Shown here one piece after another: positions 52,401 to 64,000 of a stretch of DNA of 64,000 nt (positions are counted from its first letter, which is position 1; each line of letters opens with the position of its first letter). The DNA lies in the NCBI GenBank assembly GCA_051362555.1, contig CM120640.1, positions 64,210,788-64,274,787 on the forward strand. The letters are read 5' to 3'. A program made the position numbers and the translations under genes. The DNA is from Lingula anatina. Its lineage: Eukaryota; Animalia; Brachiopoda. Below the pieces are notes generated by a model. The model saw nothing but the letters and a program-made list of their open reading frames with translations, was not told the origin of the DNA and searched no databases.

Positions 52401-53931
52401 TTATATATATTTCAAAAGTACAATTATCATGATAAGTGACCTTCACTAGAATTCGGGCTTCCCATTTAGGCTTGTTTTTTAGTGGCATGTGAATGAATTT
52501 AGATTTTTTCTGTTCAATTAACTTATGCAAGATAAAACGTGGGGTTATAACATGTACCTTTGATAGCGAAAACGTCTCTATAATCCGTTAAAGGACAATG
52601 GTCATATAAAAATCCATTTCTCGAATTTTGAAGATTCAACACTCAATCTATACACTAGAGGTATGTTTTAATCGATCCCCGCCATTTAAAAATTATAAAA
52701 CAATCTATTAGTAGTAAAAAAGCGTTTTAGTAAACCTCACCTCAATATGCATAAATGAAGCAACAGATCTGGGTCACGCGGTACTGTGACGACAATTGGG
52801 ATAAAGGTCTATGAGACTCAACTGAGCTGCATGGTGCAAACAGACAGAATAATTTTGGAAAGTTGTGTTGAACGGAGTTGAGCAATTTTCTTTATGCCTC
52901 AGTGTGTTGCCGTGGGATTCACCAAAATTGCAGCACTCCTTGACTATCTTTCTTTATCTGTGACGGTCTTCCGTGACTAACTTACTAACTTCGGTGACAA
53001 TAGTTGCGATCCTCGCGATCTCGGTCACCTCAGGTGATTTAGATCATATCAATAGCTGATAGTCTTTAAGATACTGTCATCAGTTGGCAAGCTTACTAAT
53101 TGCTGATGCATTTTTAAATTCATTGTAGTTGACCAAGAGCTCGTTAACAATAAAACCTGTTAATTATGCACCGCTGCAATTCCCAAGCCAGGTAATAACA
53201 GGTATGAAACTCGTTTTGGTGGGCTTTCATATTTTTCAATATATCTCATTTATTTCATGGGGTTATTTTATTGGTATTTGTAAATGACGTTAAATATCAA
53301 TACTTAAACAATTAAGTTCAAACACGGTCGCGAATATTAATAAAAGAAATTGCTCTCAGGGTATCTTGAAGCTTCCGTGGAAGAAAACGTGTTGAGGAAA
53401 AACAGAAAAAAGAGCGTTATATTAAAGGCATAATAACTCTTTGTATGAGACCTATATTTCACAATAAAAACCTTGTGAATAACTCATAGAAATATAATAT
53501 ATTCTGTTTTACCACAAAAACAGCAGTTATAGCTTTTATTCTGATATTTGAACTTGTCTTTAGACCACGTGACCTCCATTGATTTCTATACTCTGTTAAA
53601 ATCTCTTAAGAGATTTTAACAAAAAACCAAACTTTTTAGAAAAAAACCAGGGACTAACTTTGAATGTAAAAATGGATTCATTAACCATTGGTAAGTATGG
53701 GAAAATTGTTGTTTACTCCAGGAAAATTCATTTTTTGGCCGAAACGAAGAGTTATTATTGCTTTAAAGAAAAAATGGGAACTGCTGTAATAAAATGGTTC
53801 GTTATCCTAATTCGTTTATGCTTTGAGGATTTGTTTCTGAAGATTATTTCATCTGAAATATTAAATATATAAATAATAATTTAAAAGATTGATTATTTTA
53901 TAACTTGAAACGCAAATTCTGCGTCAGTACG

Positions 53932-53980
<49 letters not shown>

Positions 53981-56900
53981 AAATTTGTAAGCTTATAACA
54001 CCGTGCCATAAAGATCTACTCAAGAAAAAGATTTGCTTGGGTGAAATTGAGTACGGAATGAACTGGAGACACTTAGCTTGTCATTAAGTTTACAGTCAGG
54101 TAACTTTATACTGTCTTTGAAAGAGTAAAGATTGAAAGATAATTTTAGACAAACTTTGACGGGGGAAATACCTACAAAGAGTAATGGGCTATTTCGCCAA
54201 CATCTTGTTGAAAATTTAACACTGCAATTCTATTCAAATAAGCTAAGGAGCTAATTGCCAAATTTATACTCTCATCACATAACAGGGGGGTAACCAGACC
54301 TGCAAAAATTGTACGCACATATTTAAAAAAATTACAAGCACATACAGCAAAATGTAGACTTACGCCAAACATGAAGGACAGCGTAATCACAGCAAATGTA
54401 CCTCATAGAGTAGCTTAATTTCCATTAATAATAAAATCATCATTTAAGTCAAAAATATTCTCGCGATTTAATAACTATTCTAATTTACCCAGAACGGTTT
54501 ATTTATTTTAAAGGCGGTTAACTGAAATATAGTTTTATGATTTGTTTGTGAAAATTGCCCATGTCACCCTGTTAGTTTGGAGGTCTAAGCTGGATCAAGT
54601 CCGTGTTAAAATTCCTATGAAGTTGTGCAGGAAAAATTCTTCCTTTCTTTCTCTAGCTCCTCGATAAACCTGGTGTTCAGATTTTATCTAGTACCCCCAG
54701 GTCTACGGGAGCTGCGCTTTGTAACTAACGCACAGGTAGATTTTTACCTGAGATAACTGGAGTAAAGCTTAGATAGAGAGTGCATTCGATACAAGCAAGA
54801 CAAATTGAATGCCATTTAACCCTCTAATTAAGAGGCAAAGGAAGTTCCAGTTAGATGGATGATTAAGATAGGACTTGTAAAGGTAACGGGCATTGTTTAC
54901 CTCAGTTTAATAAAAGTATGCAAGACGGAGTGTCAGCGGTTTAATAAAATAAATTAAATTTCACAAATAACATGGACCTCATATGCAATAATCAACATTT
55001 CCCTTAACTCATTCAAATGCAGTGTTTTATACAACTTGGGATAACCATAATGAAATGCTTGTTAAAGAAATGACTAGACGGGAAATGGTTTTACACAGCT
55101 TCACGAGGATTTAGATCCCTCGGGTAAGAGATTTGAATGAGTATAAACTTTTATCAGAAGCCAGAGAAGTCATCTTACAGGTAGACAATATTGCAGTATG
55201 TATATAGTACGGTGACTTGTAGCCCATGAGGCCGGGTGAGGCTCTCACATGTCACGTTAATAAATAAATAAATAAAATACAGGTAGACAATGCAGCTCAG
55301 TTTGACAGCTAAGCACGCTCTGTTCTCCAGTGGCTCGATTGTCGTCATCGGACCACGTGACCACGTAGCTCATTAACACCCAGGCCGAGCAAATAGGACG
55401 TTTTTTAAAGCAAAAAATTTACAAAATGAGCTTTTAATTTGTGTATTTGGATAAAGATATCGTTAGTTGGGCATGTTTTCTGAAGAATACTAGTATGTTC
55501 CGTTGAAGCCATTCTGACGGTATGAAGCAAATCCTTTAACTTTTTGCCACGTACATGTGACTGTAAACTTGAGCCTGAGACATTTGCAAAAGATCTTGTC
55601 AATAAAGATTTACACTGTAGCCTGCACAAAGTGTCTTTTACTGGACGCCTGGACTATTTTGGAGTAGACTAAACGTGCAGCAGGTATATTTTGCGTTTAT
55701 TTCTGCGGTTATTATATTATCATCATGTAAGGTGTTTTTTTAATGAGAATTTTTCCTTTAAATTATATGTTTGATTTTCGTTTTCTGATAGATTCAAACA
55801 TGTGGAGCAAGAAAATGTTAAGCGGCAAATAAAACGCCGATTATTTGAAAGATTCTTCTATTCAAAATGGAAATTAGACAAAAAAGAGGAAGAGGAAAAT
55901 AGCAAGTCGGGAAATGGACAAAATGACAACAAGGTGAATGATGATGAAAACCAAAAAGTTGTAGACAAACAAGAAAAAGAACAAGAGAATCGAAATGATC
56001 TGAAAAAGGAAAGCAAACAAGATGTAACTGCTAAACAGGAGCCAGTAGAGAAAAGTAGCAATGTGGTAAATGGAAAAAATAGCAACAATGGGGACAATAT
56101 TGAAAACCAAAATGCTGAAGAACAAAAAGAAACAGGACAAGAGAATGAAAAGGATGAAGAAAGCAAACAAGATGAAAAAGAACCTGATCCCTACGAACAA
56201 CTTAAGAAATATTTCAGCCATCCCATCTTTAAATTTTGGGAAGGTGATCGTTTGACTGGAATTACGACCCCCTATGGTGGAAAAATCAAAGTCAAGCTTG
56301 GAAAGACAGACATGTACATCCACCTAAAAGATAAGAACAAGATACGCCACAAGAAAAGATGGAGCCAGGTAAAGCAATTTAAAAAGTTTAGTCTGATTTT
56401 TTTATACCGTACTCCATTGCATCTCTGTGCGGTTTACAATAGATGACAATGAGCAATATCATTTCACATAGTCCGTGAGGTACAGGGGTCAATCAGTACG
56501 AATCGGACGACCAAGGCTCACCGGTATCATGTGAAAGCTCATTTAATCAGAAATCGGTTTCTGTGTGGCATCACTTCCTAATTATTAAGTAAATGGCCAT
56601 TATGTTACCTCCTATTGCTTAATGGGCGCAACTAAAAATAGGGGATAGGGGAAGAAAAGTATCTATAATATGAAAATAAAATAAGATGAAGCAATAATTT
56701 ATATATCATTATGCTGCTGAAGATCATCATCATCATCATCATTTAGAGCCTATAGTGTTCCACTGTTGGACAAAGGCCTCAGCATGCTTTTTCCATTGTT
56801 TCCTATCCTGAGCCTCAGATTTCCAGTTTGGCCAAGGTTTCTTCTTCCAAGACTTCCAGTAGTCATCTAATTCATCCCTCCATCGTTTGACCGGCCTTCC

Positions 56901-59900
56901 TCTTTTTCTTTGTCCATACCTTGGGGTCCATTCTGTAAGCCTGATTGTCCACCTATTGTCCTTCATTCTTTTGACATGTCCTGCCCACCTCCATTTCATT
57001 TCTTTAACTGTGAGTAGTACGTCCTTGACTTTGGTCTGTTCACGTAACCATACATTCGTTTTCCGCTCTCTTGGATTGATGTTCAACATAATTCTTTCCA
57101 TCTTTCTCTGAGCTACTTGTAGCTTGTGTTCCATGGAGGCATTCAGTGCCCAGGTCTCTGAACCATAGGTGATTGCCAGTGTCAAGCAACACAGAGTCCT
57201 ACCATTCTAGGGTCCGGCGGACCCGGTGTTTTAAAACTGAGAGTCCGGCGGACTCCCTGTCTCGAAATAACGGGTCCCGGACTCTATGTTCTGAAATGTA
57301 GAGTCCCCCTAGACACTCTATTTCAGTACGGAAAGTCCTAGGACCCTACGTTTTAATACTGAAAGTCTGCATTGAAGAGCAATAATGAAATCTCACACTT
57401 AAAACATAATGTTAACTGATACAGAGGGAAGAATTATAAGGATTAAAGGTAAAATAAACATTCTTAACCTCTGTTAAAGTGTAACGCGTAGTATAAATGT
57501 GCATTGTTCGCATTTCATAAACTAATTTGCAGGATTATCTTTTGTATGCAATTGAGAAAGAACATCACTTAAGAAATATAAATTTATTCAGAATACATAA
57601 GTGCCCTTGGTGAACTTCCTGATTTTACAAAAATGTTTATTTTATTAATCAATATTGTAATTGTTTTTTCTCCTCAATGTCATTTTCTCTTTGTCGTGCA
57701 TTTCTTGTAACAAGGCAGTTTTCTTATCTTCGCTTTCTACTACTTTCCTCCATCTCCCCTTCTTCCTCTCTTCATTTCCACTCTCTACTCCAACTGCATG
57801 TATCTTTCTTACAGCTCTGTAATATAAGCAGCAGCTTTCGAGCTAAAACAGAAATGTAAATATGTACCTTAAATGTACATGTAAGTTTCGCTTTTATTAA
57901 ACAGTCTTGAAGTTAAACGAGTATTAATGTATAAAACTTATAATTAATTTATAATGGTTTGCAGCGCTTCTCCTTATTGCTCTTTTCTGATTGTCGGTTG
58001 TTCGTCTTCTGTACCTGCCATGGAATGGCAGGTACAGAAGGTATGGAATGTAATCAAAAGTGAGTATAACACATATTATTGCGGAATGACACATTATAAA
58101 TGGACAGTAAGTTAAATATTTAATTATAGATTTAAAAAACAAGAGTGACTCTAGTGTGGGACTCGAACCAACATATTGTTTAATTTCTGCATACTTCCCT
58201 GTCGTTGGATACCATAGTAGGCTTATCTCCCGTGTCGCTGTCCACTACACCACCAGGTCGTTGTGCAAACCACCGCCGTTTTGTTATATTACATTTACTT
58301 GCATCAAGGGTTTGCTTTTTTATAATTCTATTATACCCAGATTGTCAATATAAAAAGCTTTTACTAAATATCTACTATTCTACAGTAGGACCCTAGCTTT
58401 TAGACCAAGTTCTTCTGTATGACGGGCGGACTCTGTGTTTCGTGATAGCTGTCATGAAACGTAGGGTCCGTAGGACCCCTGGTTTCTGAAATAACGGGTC
58501 CCGGACTTTCTGTCATGGGGGACCTTCTGGTACATGACACCGGCAGCACACAAGCATTGAACACTTTCTTTTTCAGGCAGGTAGGAAGGTTGCTCTTGAA
58601 GATGTCATTGTGCTTCCCATATGCTGCCCATCCTGCTTTTATCCTTCATTGGATTTCTTTCTCCAGTGTTCGATCACTAAGGCTGAACCGTTGCCCAAGG
58701 TATATATACTCTTCCACTGCTTCTATCTCTTTGGTGTTGACTTTCACTGTGCAAGGGGTGGTTAGTGGTCCAAACATCACCTTTGTCTTGCTGGTGTTCA
58801 TCTTTAGCTCACTTTTTGCGCTTTCATCTGCTTACGCCTGTAGCATTTCTTCTAGGTCTTTTGCATCATCTGCTACTATTATGATGTCGTCTGCAAACCT
58901 AAGGTGATTGAGCCTGGTACCGTCTATGTTTATGCCCTTGTCTTGCCAGTCTAGATCCCTGAATATACGTTCCAATGCTGCTGATTGTATCTCCTTGGCG
59001 TACACCTTTCTTGATCCTGATCTTATTGGTGGTCTTGTGTAGTTTGACTGTTACAGATCTATTGGTGTATATGTCTCTGAGGACGTCTACGTATCCATCT
59101 TCGATCCCTAGATCTTGCAGGGATGCCAGTATATACTGGGTTTCTACTGAGTCGAAGGATTTTTCATAATCAACGAATGCTACACATGGTGGAATGTTAT
59201 ACTCAAGACATTTCTCTTTGAGCTGGTTGACAGTGTGCATATGATCAGTAGTGGTGTACTGGCCTCTGAAACCTGCTTGTTCCTTTGGCTGCGCTTCATC
59301 TAGTTGTCTTGTTAGCCTTTCGGTCAATATTTTGGTGTAAATCTTGTACAAATTAGAAAGTAGGCATATGGGTCTGTAATTCTTGATGTCTTTCCTATTG
59401 CCCTTTTTGAACATTATGATCATGTTGGCGTTCTTCCATGCTACAGGAATTTCCTTCAGATGTAAGCACTTTGTGAAGAGCCTGGCTAATTCCTGAGATA
59501 GGATATCTTCTCCTGCTTTTACCATTTCTGCTTTGATGTTGTCATTTCCTGCTGCCTTTCCATTCTTCATTTTCTGGACTGCTGACTCTACTTCCCAAGC
59601 TGTTATGTCTGGTAGATCGCATGCCTTTGTTGAGATTTCTATTCCCTTGCTGCTGTCATACAACTCTCCATAGAATTCTTCTACTCGTTCTAATATTTGG
59701 TCTTGTGTGGTGAGCTCATTTTCATCTTTGTCTAGAAGAGTCAGCATTCTATCCTGCCCTAGTTGAAAGGATCTCTTTGCTCTTTTCATGCTCTTTCCAT
59801 TTTCGATGGTCTCTGCTATATTCTTCATGTTCTGCTTCCTGATGTCTTCCCTTGCCTTCTTCTTGATGGTCTTATCCAGTTCTGCATATTCGATGTTGTT

Positions 59901-62458
59901 TCAGATGTCCCTGTTGTTGTTTACCTACGTTTTCTTCATCATCCGTCTTTTCTTCATGAGAATCCTCGTTTCTGTTGAGAGCTTTGAGACCTTAATTTTA
60001 CTGCGACTTCTGATGCACATTCTAGGATGGTGGTCGTTATTCTATCGTTCATTTCATCTACTCCCTCTTCACCTTCTAGCTCTAGTGCACTGAATCTGTT
60101 CGTTAGGAAGATTTGGAACTCGTCTTTCTTTATGACCAGTTGCTCGATACTAGGGCTCTTTGATGGATTTGACAGGCATTTCTGTCTGTCCTTCCTGTCA
60201 TTGATCCTAATCACTCCCATAACTGCTCTGTGGTCACTGCCCGCATCCAGTCTGTTTAGCACTTTCACATCCGTGAAGATGTTCGGTCTGTTTGTCATGA
60301 TGTAATCAATTTCGTTTCTTGTACATCCATCTGGGCTTTGTCCATGTCCATCTTCTTGATATCTTCTTCTTGTAGACGGTATTCATGATCTTCAAGTTAT
60401 TTGCTGTCGCCCATTCAATCAGTAAGTCTCCTCTTTCATTCCTCTCTCCGCTGCCAAATTTCCCTGTGGCACGCTCTTGTTCGTCTGACTTGTTATCCCG
60501 ATTTTGGCTGGATTTTTGCTACTAAGGCAGTAGGGTTTTTTGTGTAGAGTTATCCTAACTCCTAGTCAGGTTGCTGTTCAAAGCTTACGAGTCCTGACCC
60601 CCCGGATGGTACAGATAATACTGGTTTTACATGTTTACCAGAATGATAATTCGCGGCTACAGGATTTGAACCCGGGACCCCTCACACCCGAAACAAGCGT
60701 GCTAACCACTAGGCCATCACACTCACTGAAGATCACTCTGAAGATCAGTTCTTAATAAATCAGTAAACATGATTTCTAATATTAAATCACCTGTAAACAA
60801 ATGTGTTCAACGGTCACCTGTAGGGTGTGATCGGTTCGATTTATGAATTGGGGCGGGGAAGAAAAAATGTTCACCACATGCTGGGTTGGCAATTGCTAGA
60901 TATACATGCAAAATATGCTCATTTAGGATTGCTATTATAGTTAAAGTATCAAATATTATACATTACATAATGATGTAGCAATGAAAGTAGATCAAAGGCC
61001 ACCTGAGGTCAAATATATATTAAATTTTAATGTTAGCCTGGTAGGAAAAAGATGTCCATGTACAATCTGTCTGACTTTAAACCAATACCTACATTTTCTT
61101 AACCCTTGATGTGTACATTTTAGATTTTATTTTATCTTCAGAGCAAACAATTATCCTATAAGTTTTTTCCCGTTGTTGTACATGTATACAACCCCCCTAG
61201 TCAAAATTTGGCGTTTTATTATTCATGGTTCCAGGAGAGTGAAACTTTGATACAAACTTATTCATGTGGGACCCTAAAATAACGAATTATCTTGAATGTC
61301 AGGATTGACTGAATTTGAAATTACGTGTCCGTTTAATGTCTGGTTTAAGTCCAAAAAGACAATTTCATGTTTTAATATAATAGACACCCGACCTCTTTTT
61401 CTGTAAATCTCGACTATTGTGAAATACTAAATTCGTATTAAACCTTCAAATATGACCAGATACATGTATGTATCTGTCAGTCCTCTTGGTAGAAATTATT
61501 ACCTATAAAAACAGGGTTGATTTAAACTTGACCACTCTCAATACAGTCCTGGTCGACTATCTAATAAATGTTTTCACGTGATCTGTTTTAGGTTATGTAC
61601 ATATGGTACATTTTACAATACTTACATTTGGATGATGACTTGGATCACGTGTACTTGCTGACTTTAGATGGAGATGTCGATTTCAACGTGGATTCGTTGA
61701 AAAGTTTGCTGAAGTACATGATATCTGACAAGAAACTTGGAGCTGCATGTGGCCGCATTCACCCGCTCGGAAGAGGTGGGTCATTATGATAAATATGCAT
61801 AATACGCATGATATACTCGCGCACTTCCTTTGAGATTTTGTTCATTTTTGTCGAAGAATTGGTAATAAGATTGTAAGCCTTGTGAGTGATAAAAAAGATC
61901 TAAACCTGACTGTGCAGATTTTTTCCATCTATTGCAATCTGGAAAAAACATTTCTCTTGATTATATGTAAAATTTACTCTGTATTGTTGCAAACATTATG
62001 TGTCAATGACTTGAATAGGGTTTGCCAAAATTCCTAATTCACTGTGTACCAATTGGTTTGTGAGACTTATCTGATGCAAGTATACATAACCGATGGCTTA
62101 AATGTACCTTGCTATAAGCTACCAGTGTATAGAAAGGTAAATTAAGGTCCTTTAGAAAAAAAATCCTAGAAAAAAGGCTGTATTTACGGGATGCCGATCA
62201 TATCCAGCTTATTTGAGAACACGCCCATGAATGCTAACAACAAATTCTCTTATTCAACTTAAGGACCTATGGTATGGTACCAGAAGTTCGAGTACGCCAT
62301 CGCTCATTGGTTACAGAAGAGTGCGGAACATGTTCTTGGATGCGTTCTGTGCAGTCCTGGCTGCTTTAGTTTGTTTCGTGGGTCTGCGTTGTATGAGGTG
62401 AAGGATATTTACATGCAAAAATCTGAAGAAGCTCTACATTGTCTTCAGCACGATCAAG
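48801..62458 (+). CDS. CHS: Chitin synthase paralog D (divergent; first exon not located, 3' exons beyond window; one apparent frameshift)
   Basis: Exons 48801-49369, 49727-50952 (GC donor), 52171-52362, 55792-56368, 61592-61775, 62264-62458; same intron positions and phases as A/C. Motifs GWWENF, CGTMWHE, FFDDAF, TPYGG, KRWSQ, DGDVDF, QKFEY, QHDQG. Confidence 0.9.
49727..50952 (+). CDS. CHS: CHS-D exon 3
   Basis: tttcag/ISLPEILHSGG start; ends MLASIQ AG/gcaagt. Confidence 0.9.
51180..51960 (-). mobile_element. Highly decayed RTE-type RT fragment
   Basis: Minus-strand NLRYA(D)D-like (~51860-51875) and REIKRRIEIARSA (~51585-51625) remnants. Confidence 0.55.
52171..52362 (+). CDS. CHS: CHS-D exon 4
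   Basis: ctgtag/gtaagc; FETHIFFDDAF...VNEYVSNF (no matching call in the ORF track). Confidence 0.88.
53422..53766. mobile_element. MITE family Y copy 3
   Basis: TTAAAGGCATAATAACTCTT...AAGAGTTATTATTGCTTTAA; TTAA on both sides. Confidence 0.8.
55792..56368 (+). CDS. CHS: CHS-D exon 5 (with large K/E/N/Q/D-rich insert)
   Basis: gatag/gtaaa; TPYGGK...HLKDKNKIRHKKRWSQ. Confidence 0.88.
57180..58539 (+). mobile_element. Non-autonomous Ginger1-like element, copy 2
   Basis: TGTCA...TGACA; TSD CCAG/CCGG (57176-79, 58540-43); removal restores RTE frame CVLPAITYGSETW. Confidence 0.75.
60650..60725 (-). promoter_or_regulatory. tRNA-derived Pol III internal promoter (SINE-type head)
   Basis: A box TGGCCTAGTGG (60716-60706) and B box GGTTCAAATCC (60672-60662) at tRNA spacing. 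Confidence 0.75.
61592..61775 (+). CDS. CHS: CHS-D exon 6
   Basis: tttag/gtggg; DGDVDF, GRIHP. Confidence 0.9.
62264..62458 (+). CDS. CHS: CHS-D exon 7
   Basis: taag/gtatg; 195 nt; QKFEY, CSPGCF. Confidence 0.9.
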
Positions 62459-62699
62459 GTATGATTCGTGAAGTTTTTTATATAAAAAAGTTAGTCGTTC
62501 TACCTGACTCAAGTTAAGATTTCAAATTTATTGATTGTATTTGGGGAAGTCATAGTAGTAACATCCGTACTATACGTAACAAAAGAATTTCATTTTTTTC
62601 TATTGTTATGTTACGTCATTTGAACAATGGAAAACCTATAGCGAACAATGGGGAATGTTTACAAAATAAACAAACAATTTTTTAAGTAAACAAACAAGA

Positions 62700-62900
62700 C
62701 TCCCTATTTTTGTTTACGTTTTACAATGGTAACGGATGACGTCACAGAACGGGCCTGGGCATGTCGGGGTAATGTTTACGTTTTGTCATAGCGACGGATG
62801 ACGTCAAGCGCAATTCTTTTGTTAGGCGTGTTGCATGTTTAGGCGTGCAATTTGAAGGCTATATATGTTGGAATGGTCAAATCAAACTCCAATTCACTGA
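62700..62900 (+). promoter_or_regulatory. Compact Pol II promoter-like module
   Basis: Duplicated TGTTTAC...ACGGATGACGTCA unit (CRE at 62737 and 62799), TATATAT at 62860, TCACT initiator-like at 62894, then CAAAATG at 62927. Confidence 0.5.
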
Positions 62901-62926
62901 CCTAAGTTGTACGTTCGAACATCAAA

Positions 62927-63358
62927 ATGTCGCAGTTCTTCAAACTTGGTGAAGATAGTCTGTTGTCGATATGCAGAAGCAAACAGGGGGTCCAGTTGGT
63001 CGTCTTCAGCGATTTGAAAACGTTGAACAAGATCCGGATGCCTCGAGAAGCATGGGAAGATTTTAAAAACACCCTGCCTTCCGTCCAAACTGCTATGTCT
63101 ACCGATACTGAAATAGATGATCAGCTGGGGGAAAACTATAATGTCCGTGTGCTGTACGACATTGGTAAGGAGGAATCTGTGATGAAGCTAGCCTACGCAC
63201 CAGTAAGTGCGTCATATCATAGAAGTAGAGAAAATGGAATGCCAACTTCAAATCTCGCAGGCCGAGCTTGTGACCCCGAGAGTTGGGCGAGAGTTGGGGA
63301 GTTTCACTTCCGGTTTCCATGCCGCTGCATTCAACTCACGCTCTACATGTTTCAATAA
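62927..63358 (+). CDS. Small ORF, PC4/Sub1-like ssDNA-binding pattern (probable transposon/virus passenger; 3' part probably non-coding or spliced)
   Basis: FxLG...SI...G..LV......I.MP.EAWEDFK..L..V..AM followed by a second LGENYNVRV; promoter-like upstream; possible donors at ~63165 and ~63203. Confidence 0.4.
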   Translation: MSQFFKLGEDSLLSICRSKQGVQLVVFSDLKTLNKIRMPREAWEDFKNTLPSVQTAMSTDTEIDDQLGENYNVRVLYDIGKEESVMKLAYAPVSASYHRSRENGMPTSNLAGRACDPESWARVGEFHFRFPCRCIQLTLYMFQ

Positions 63359-64000
63359 CTACTATTCATAGCGACTAGAGCTAGTTTTTACGATAATGTG
63401 ATTTGCTATGGCGTAAACGGGAGTCTGGACATTCTAACTGCAGTTTTTATGGTGTGAAAACGGAATCATTAAAACCCAAACCGCTTTATTTGGTGCGTGT
63501 GACAGAGTGTATTACCGAAGTCGAAGATACACGGAATATAATTTAGCAATGTAAGTAATAACTTTTGTATTTTAATACAATATTGTGTTTTTTAAGCGTA
63601 AATTTAAGGAGTGAGAGGCTCATTCATGATATGATCTGTCCTTGAATACAATGGTCGTCTGACGCCGATTGTTTTCCGTTTATCCCTCAAGTGTCCATGT
63701 ACGGTCTTCGAGAAATCTGTGAACTAAATGTCGTTATCCAAGCTGTTAATAAAAGCACAGAATATTTATACATATAAATATTACATATTTAGTTGTCCCC
63801 TTTTCATTTTATGCATTTGTACAAGCAAAATACGAACATGTTTAATAAGAAAAAATGGAAATATCAAAGTCATACTTGGAGTTGTGCCATACCACCAGAG
63901 GATCATTGCAACACTAAACTAGATCAGTTATAGCTGGTTATTACTCCTGGAGATATAGCTTCAACATATAATTAAGATATACCTGACTATGTAGGACTAA

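Larger units (their letters stand above)
56727..60725 (-). mobile_element. RTE-clade LINE with tRNA-derived head, internally deleted and decayed
   Basis: Partial APE (RNERG, NEIDY, SDHR), RT (YRPICLL, EQAGFR, FVDYEKSFDS, GVRQGD, LRFADD, YLGQ), C-terminal RWAGHV/RGRP..RW; (GAT)n tail; CTGAAGATCA TSD at 56717-26 and 60726-35. Confidence 0.88.

Noticed and set aside
55858-56323. Antisense Phe/Ser/Leu-rich ORFs (and similar shadows opposite other CHS exons and LINEs)
   Set aside because: Reverse-strand shadows of purine-rich coding sequence.
60650-60725. Functional tRNA gene
   Set aside because: No convincing anticodon arm or acceptor stem or terminator; continuous with retroelement sequence inside a TSD.

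Overview
AT-rich animal (probably marine invertebrate; species not identifiable from sequence alone) genomic window dominated by a cluster of four intron-containing chitin synthase (GT2/CHS) paralogs sharing one exon/phase architecture. Three lie head-to-tail on the minus strand: CHS-A (7 exons visible, 3' end runs off the window start), CHS-B (pseudogene: lost ATG, frameshifts, three deletions including the whole catalytic core, transposon insertions) and CHS-C (complete, 9 exons, ~1905 aa, with a ~510-aa low-complexity C-terminal tail). A more divergent CHS-D lies head-to-head on the plus strand; it has a GC-AG intron, a +1 frameshift in an A-run, and a 3' end outside the window. Introns and spacers hold many, often nested, mobile elements: CR1/L2-like and RTE LINEs, several MITE families, a foldback with ~570-bp arms, two TGTCA...TGACA elements with CCGG target duplications (Ginger1-like) carrying a tRNA-like Pol III module, an RTE whose TSD-bounded unit starts with a tRNA-derived head, and a small PC4-like ORF with its own promoter. 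All calls are by eye; no searches were run.
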